Shown here: one piece after another, positions 59,518 through 64,000 of the stretch
Layout of the letters: each line of letters begins with the position of its first letter
Position numbering within the stretch: the first letter of the stretch is position 1
Assembly: GCA_905198155.1 (NCBI GenBank)
Contig: CAJKBQ010000004.1
Span: forward strand, 28,875-92,874
Direction of reading: 5' to 3'
Length of the DNA stretch: 64,000 bases
Source of the DNA: an uncultured Eubacteriales bacterium
Lineage (GTDB): Bacteria; Bacillota; Clostridia; Oscillospirales; Acutalibacteraceae
Made by a program: the position numbers and the translations under genes
Notes under the pieces: model-generated
Databases searched by the model: none
What the model saw: only the letters and a program-made list of their open reading frames with translations
Told to the model about the DNA's origin: nothing

Positions 59518-59970
59518 TTATGCTTCCAGTTCGGACACCATGGCGTACAGTTTGGCGCTGATGCCGTTGTACAGCTTCACTTCGCACTCGTAGGTGCCGA
59601 ATGCTTTGATGTCCTGAGACAGGACAATTTTGCGCTTGTCGATGTCGAGGTTGAAATTCTTTTTCAGCTCGTCGGCAATTTCTTTGACCGTCACGGAGCC
59701 AAACAGCCGGCCGCCCTGACCGGCTTTGGCGAACAGCTTCACCGTTTTGCCATTGATGCGGGCTGCGGCTTCCTGCGCAGCCTTGCGCTCGGTTTCTTCA
59801 CGATAGCGTGCGGACGCTTCGCGCTCGCGCAGCTCATTCATCACCTGCGCGTTGGCTTCCTTGGCCAGCTTCCGCGGGAAGAGAAAATTGCGGGCGTATC
59901 CGTCCGACACGTTTACCATTTCGCCTTTTTTCCCGGAACCTTTCACGTCTTGCAGCAATACAACTTTCAT
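59518..59970 (-). CDS. rplI: 50S ribosomal protein L9.
   Basis: N-terminus [29 protein letters not shown]. Confidence 0.95.
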   Translation of the reverse strand: MKVVLLQDVKGSGKKGEMVNVSDGYARNFLFPRKLAKEANAQVMNELREREASARYREETERKAAQEAAARINGKTVKLFAKAGQGGRLFGSVTVKEIADELKKNFNLDIDKRKIVLSQDIKAFGTYECEVKLYNGISAKLYAMVSELEA

Positions 59971-60018
59971 GTATAACAACTTCCTTTCAATGAATTAATT
60001 TCAATCATTTCATATGAA

Positions 60019-62019
60019 TTACGGCGACGCGGGCTTTTCCACCGGCGCAGCACGATCTGCCAGAAAAGTGTCAATCGCCTGCACCACGCGGTCGCGCGCC
60101 TGCTGCGGCGTCATGTCCGGCAGCTGCGCGCCGGCCATCGTCAGATGTCCGCCGCCGCCAATTTTTTCCATAATTAACTGCACGTTAATCCGCCCGAACG
60201 ACCGGGCCGATACGTTGACCCCGTTGCCGAACGGGAACAGCACAAACGATGCGTCCACGCCCGAAATGCCCAGCAATTCGTCCGCCGCCTGCGCGGCCAC
60301 CACGCGGAAATCGCCGTCGCTGCGCGTGCCGACTGCAATGGCCATGCCGTGATACAGTTCGGCGCTCGAAATGAATTCGTATTTTTCCTGGTAGCTTTCA
60401 AAGCTGTTGGCAAACAGCCGCTTGGCTTCCACCGGGTCGGCGCCGTTTTTGCGCAGAAATGCCGCGGCTTCGAACGTCCGCGCACCGGTTTTCAGCACGA
60501 AATTCTTCGTGTCCAGCATGATGCCGGACAGCAGCGCTTCGGCTTGCAGCGGATCCATCCGGCCGTCGGTCAGGTAATCGATCAGCTCCGTAACCATTTC
60601 GGATGCGGACGATGCGAACGGTTCGTGATAGAAAATCACGGCACGGTCGATGTAATTGACCATTTTGCGGTGATGGTCGATGACCGCCACCTGCTTGCAC
60701 GCATCGTACACTTCGCGGCTTTCGAGGAAGTCGCGCGAATGCGTATCCACAATCACCAGCACCGACCGCTCGTCGATTTGGCTGAGCGCCTGTTTCGGCG
60801 TGAGGAACAGCCCCGACTGCCCTGCCGCGCGGAACGATTCCAACAGCGGCGTTGCGACGGTGGAGGCCGGGTCGATTACGATGTGGGCTTCTTTCCCAAA
60901 CCGCGCCCGCGCAAGATAGGAAATCCCCACGGCCGCGCCGACACAGTCCAGATCCGAATTGCGGTGCCCCATGACAAAGATATGTTCTGCGCCTTCAAAC
61001 AGCGTGGACAACGCATTGGCCACCACGCGCGCGCGAACCTTGCTGCGCTTTTCGATGCCTTTGGAAACGCCGCCGAAAAATTGATAGTCCGCGCCCAGCT
61101 TCACAACCGTCTGGTCGCCGCCGCGCCCCAGCGCCATATCCAGTGCCTGACCGGCCATATCGGCGCAGTCGCGCAGGGTCGCGCCGTCGCCGCCGACACC
61201 GATGGACAGCGTCACATTCACTTTGCCGGGCAGCTGAATCGTGCGCACGGCGTCCAGCAGATCGAACTTCCGCTCGATCGCGCGCTCCAAATGCTGCGCT
61301 TCCCAAATAATCTGATAATGCCCTGCCGAGGTGCGCGTCATGAATCCGCCGATTTCGTTGACCCAGTGAACGATTTTCATCTCCACATCGGCCGAAATCT
61401 GCGACATTTCGCCCGGCTTGGCCAGCTTGGAGATTTCGTCCATATTATCAAATACGATCAGCGCTGCCACCGGGCGGGTTTTTTTGTATTCGGCCGCAAT
61501 GGTTTTGAACTGCGTATTCTCGATGAAATACAGCAAATACCGGTAGGCGCCGTCGTCCGGCAGCCGGTTGCAGTACACGGTATACAGCTTGTTGGAAACT
61601 TCGACATCCAGCCCGTCCTCCGGGATTTCGGTCACGGTGTGGCCGGACAGATACTCGGCGATGTTTTCGCCCAGAAAGTTCTCCGTCGCGCCGACCGAAC
61701 CGGAAAACCGGCGGTTGCACCACACCAGATCGTTGCGCTCGCCGACGAGTGCGACCGGAAACGGGTATTGATCCAATGCGTCGCGCTGCGTCGAAGTCAG
61801 CACCTTGCCTGCCGCCGCCACCATCGACTTCAAATAGCGGCCGAACGTCCACTGGCTGAGCGCGATAATCAGCACCGCCGCAACCACGCAGAAAATCTGA
61901 AACACCAGGTGTCCGTACGCCTGCGCGCCGGACAGCAGGTAATTCTGCACCGCCAGCAGCACAATAATTGCCAGCAGCGCCACGGTGATCGGCGAATGGA
62001 TCCAGATGCGTTTTTTCAT
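60019..62019 (-). CDS. gdpP: Cyclic-di-AMP phosphodiesterase GdpP (two TM, PAS, degenerate GGDEF, DHH/DHHA1).
   Basis: DHH motifs. Conserved gdpP-rplI-dnaB synteny. Confidence 0.85.
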   Translation of the reverse strand: MKKRIWIHSPITVALLAIIVLLAVQNYLLSGAQAYGHLVFQIFCVVAAVLIIALSQWTFGRYLKSMVAAAGKVLTSTQRDALDQYPFPVALVGERNDLVWCNRRFSGSVGATENFLGENIAEYLSGHTVTEIPEDGLDVEVSNKLYTVYCNRLPDDGAYRYLLYFIENTQFKTIAAEYKKTRPVAALIVFDNMDEISKLAKPGEMSQISADVEMKIVHWVNEIGGFMTRTSAGHYQIIWEAQHLERAIERKFDLLDAVRTIQLPGKVNVTLSIGVGGDGATLRDCADMAGQALDMALGRGGDQTVVKLGADYQFFGGVSKGIEKRSKVRARVVANALSTLFEGAEHIFVMGHRNSDLDCVGAAVGISYLARARFGKEAHIVIDPASTVATPLLESFRAAGQSGLFLTPKQALSQIDERSVLVIVDTHSRDFLESREVYDACKQVAVIDHHRKMVNYIDRAVIFYHEPFASSASEMVTELIDYLTDGRMDPLQAEALLSGIMLDTKNFVLKTGARTFEAAAFLRKNGADPVEAKRLFANSFESYQEKYEFISSAELYHGMAIAVGTRSDGDFRVVAAQAADELLGISGVDASFVLFPFGNGVNVSARSFGRINVQLIMEKIGGGGHLTMAGAQLPDMTPQQARDRVVQAIDTFLADRAAPVEKPASP

Positions 62020-62053
62020 TTCCGGTTCAGCCTCCTTTGCGGTTCGGCGGACA

Positions 62054-63703
62054 TCACACTTCCATCAGCACCGGCAGGATCATCGGGTCACGCTTCGTAC
62101 GCTCGAAAATCAGCTTGCCGACGGCGTCTTTCGTTTTGGTTTTGACGACCGACCAATCGTGGAAATTTTCCGCCAGATACGTTTGGATGGTATGCAGCGC
62201 GACTTCGCGCACGTCGTGCATCAGCGATTCGGATTCGCGCACATATACAAATCCGCGGGACACAATGTCTGGCCCCGAAACAATCGTTCCGGTCGTCGGG
62301 TCGATCACGCATACGATGACCAGCAGACCGTCTTCCGCCAGATGCTTGCGATCCCGCAGCACCACGCTGCCCACGTCGCCGACGCCCAAACCGTCCACCA
62401 ATACGCGGCCGGCCGGTACATCCGCCACCTGTTCGAGCGAATCCGGCGTCAGCTCGACCGTACTGCCGATGGAACCGATGAAAATATTTTCGGGCGGGAT
62501 GCCCATCAGGCGACCCAGCTCAGCGTTTTTCTGCAAGTGCTTCTGTTCGCCATGCACCGGGATGAAGAATTTGGGCTTTGTGATCCCCATGATGATTTTG
62601 GACTCGCCTTGGCAGGCGTGACCCGACACGTGAACTTCGTACATCGATTCGTACACGACATGGCAGCCGAGTTTCATCAGTTCGTTGATGACGCGGCCGA
62701 CAGTCTTTTCGTTGCCGGGAATCGGGTTGGCCGAAATGATGATGAAATCGCCTTTGCCGACCATCACTTTGCGGTGATCGCCATATGCCATGCGGGACAG
62801 CGCGCTCATCGGTTCGCCCTGACTGCCGGTGGTAATCAGTACCAGCTGCTGCGGCGCATAGCGGTTCAGGTCGCCGATATCGATCAGCAGCCCTTCCGGT
62901 ACATCGAGGTAGCCCAGCTCCATTGCGACCGACATCACGTTCACCATGCTGCGGCCGCTGAGCGCGACCTTGCGGCCGTATTTCTGCGCGCAGTTGATAA
63001 TCTGCTGGACGCGGTGGATATTGGACGCGAACGTCGCGATGATGATTCGGCTGTCCTGCGCCTGGCGGAACAGTTTGTCGAACGAATCGCCGACTGTGCG
63101 TTCGCTGGCGGTAAAGCCCGGGCGTTCGGCATTGGTCGAATCGGACAACAGCGCCAGCACGCCTTCGCGTCCCAGCTCCGCAAACCGCGCCAGGTCAATC
63201 ATTTCGCCCTGAATGGGCGTGGTATCAATCTTGAAGTCGCCGGTCATCACGATGGTACCGGCGGGGGTGTGAATGCCAAAACCAACCGCATCCGGGATCG
63301 AATGGTTTACATGAATAAACTCCACCTGGATCGTCCCGAAGTTTACCATTTGACCGGCGCTGACCACGTTGAGATGCGCACGATCCAGCAGTGCGTGTTC
63401 GCGCAGCTTACCTTCCACCAGGCCAAGCGTCAGGCGCGTCCCATATACAGGGATATTCAATTCTTTCAGCAGGTACGGCAGCGAGCCGATATGATCTTCG
63501 TGGCCGTGCGTCAACACGATGCCGCGCACTTTGTCTTTATTCTTTACCACATAGGTAAAATCCGGGATCACACAGTCGATGCCGGGGGTGTCTTCTTCCG
63601 GGAACGCCATACCGCAGTCCACCAGAACAATATCCTGATCCGTTTCAAACAGCGTGATGTTCTTGCCGATTTCATTCAGACCGCCGAGGAAGGAAATGCG
63701 CAC
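62054..63703 (-). CDS. rnj: Ribonuclease J catalytic core (metallo-beta-lactamase/beta-CASP). The reading frame continues upstream to the window end.
   Basis: HGHEDH motif. The only start codon in the window is a GTG at 63703. The in-frame upstream sequence is stop-free to nt 64000 and encodes a K/A/P-rich tract. Confidence 0.85.
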   Translation of the reverse strand: MRISFLGGLNEIGKNITLFETDQDIVLVDCGMAFPEEDTPGIDCVIPDFTYVVKNKDKVRGIVLTHGHEDHIGSLPYLLKELNIPVYGTRLTLGLVEGKLREHALLDRAHLNVVSAGQMVNFGTIQVEFIHVNHSIPDAVGFGIHTPAGTIVMTGDFKIDTTPIQGEMIDLARFAELGREGVLALLSDSTNAERPGFTASERTVGDSFDKLFRQAQDSRIIIATFASNIHRVQQIINCAQKYGRKVALSGRSMVNVMSVAMELGYLDVPEGLLIDIGDLNRYAPQQLVLITTGSQGEPMSALSRMAYGDHRKVMVGKGDFIIISANPIPGNEKTVGRVINELMKLGCHVVYESMYEVHVSGHACQGESKIIMGITKPKFFIPVHGEQKHLQKNAELGRLMGIPPENIFIGSIGSTVELTPDSLEQVADVPAGRVLVDGLGVGDVGSVVLRDRKHLAEDGLLVIVCVIDPTTGTIVSGPDIVSRGFVYVRESESLMHDVREVALHTIQTYLAENFHDWSVVKTKTKDAVGKLIFERTKRDPMILPVLMEV

Positions 63704-64000
63704 CCGGTCGTTCGATTTCCGCCCGGTACGGGCGCGGGGCGACGCTTTCGGCGCTTTGGCCGGGGCCTTCGCCGCTGCGGCCGGTTTGTTCGGCTTCGTC
63801 CGGCTCGATTTGGCAGGCGCTTTGGCGGGCGCTTTTGCTGCGGACTTGGCGGCGGGTTTTGCGGACTTGGCCGGTTTGGACGCGGACTGCGCGTCCGTCA
63901 GCGCGGCAGATTTCTTCTTTTCGGCATCTTTTCCAGTCGATGTCTTTTTGCTCCGGCTCCAACTGCGGCGGACGGGTTTGCGCGCCGTATCTTCATTATT

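Noticed and set aside
58105-59976. 623-aa plus-strand ORF.
   Set aside because: Antisense to dnaB and rplI.
60349-62145. 598-aa plus-strand ORF.
   Set aside because: Antisense to gdpP.

Overview
This is a high-GC (about 58-60%) Firmicutes/Clostridia-like chromosomal window. The first ~13.5 kb is a lower-GC (about 48-50%) horizontally acquired mobilizable element; the rest is chromosomal core.

The element carries a type III restriction-modification operon. It begins with the 3' end of mod (partial, continues beyond the window start), followed by res. Two further genes are translationally coupled to that operon:
- a ~37%-GC, 920-aa protein with an N-terminal DUF4062-like 'VFISS' domain and a long all-helical repeat tail;
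- a 313-aa protein with a sigma-70 region-4-type HTH.
The rest of the element is a replication/mobilization backbone: a small gene with an AT-hook-like motif carrying a thrice-repeated palindrome, a CHC2 zinc-finger protein, a P4-family primase-helicase, a MobA/MobL relaxase whose conserved N-terminus lies upstream of any canonical start codon, an AT-rich junction, and an internally deleted, frameshifted large serine recombinase pseudogene.

The core contains:
- two tandemly duplicated sugar ABC transporter operons (substrate-binding protein plus two permeases each) with duplicated promoters and a shared upstream motif;
- a membrane-anchored one-component AraC regulator;
- an SDR oxidoreductase, a second AraC regulator and an OmpR-type two-component system;
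- a T-box-controlled cysE-cysS-mnmA operon;
- pgsA, rimO, recX, recA, prmC, a second two-component system, a lipoprotein and a parvulin peptidylprolyl isomerase;
- a pair of G3E/COG0523 GTPase-like genes, one with a ~90-aa His/Asp/Glu tract;
- the hrcA-grpE-dnaK-dnaJ heat-shock operon with a perfect CIRCE operator, and hemW;
- a DUF11 repeat protein, flavodoxin, a Gfo/Idh/MocA oxidoreductase and a sugar-phosphate isomerase;
- ftsH, hpt, tilS, dnaB, rplI, gdpP and RNase J. The RNase J reading frame stays open through a Lys/Ala/Pro-rich N-terminal region to the window end.

No rRNA, tRNA or CRISPR array was seen. Long high-GC antisense ORFs in the track are judged spurious.
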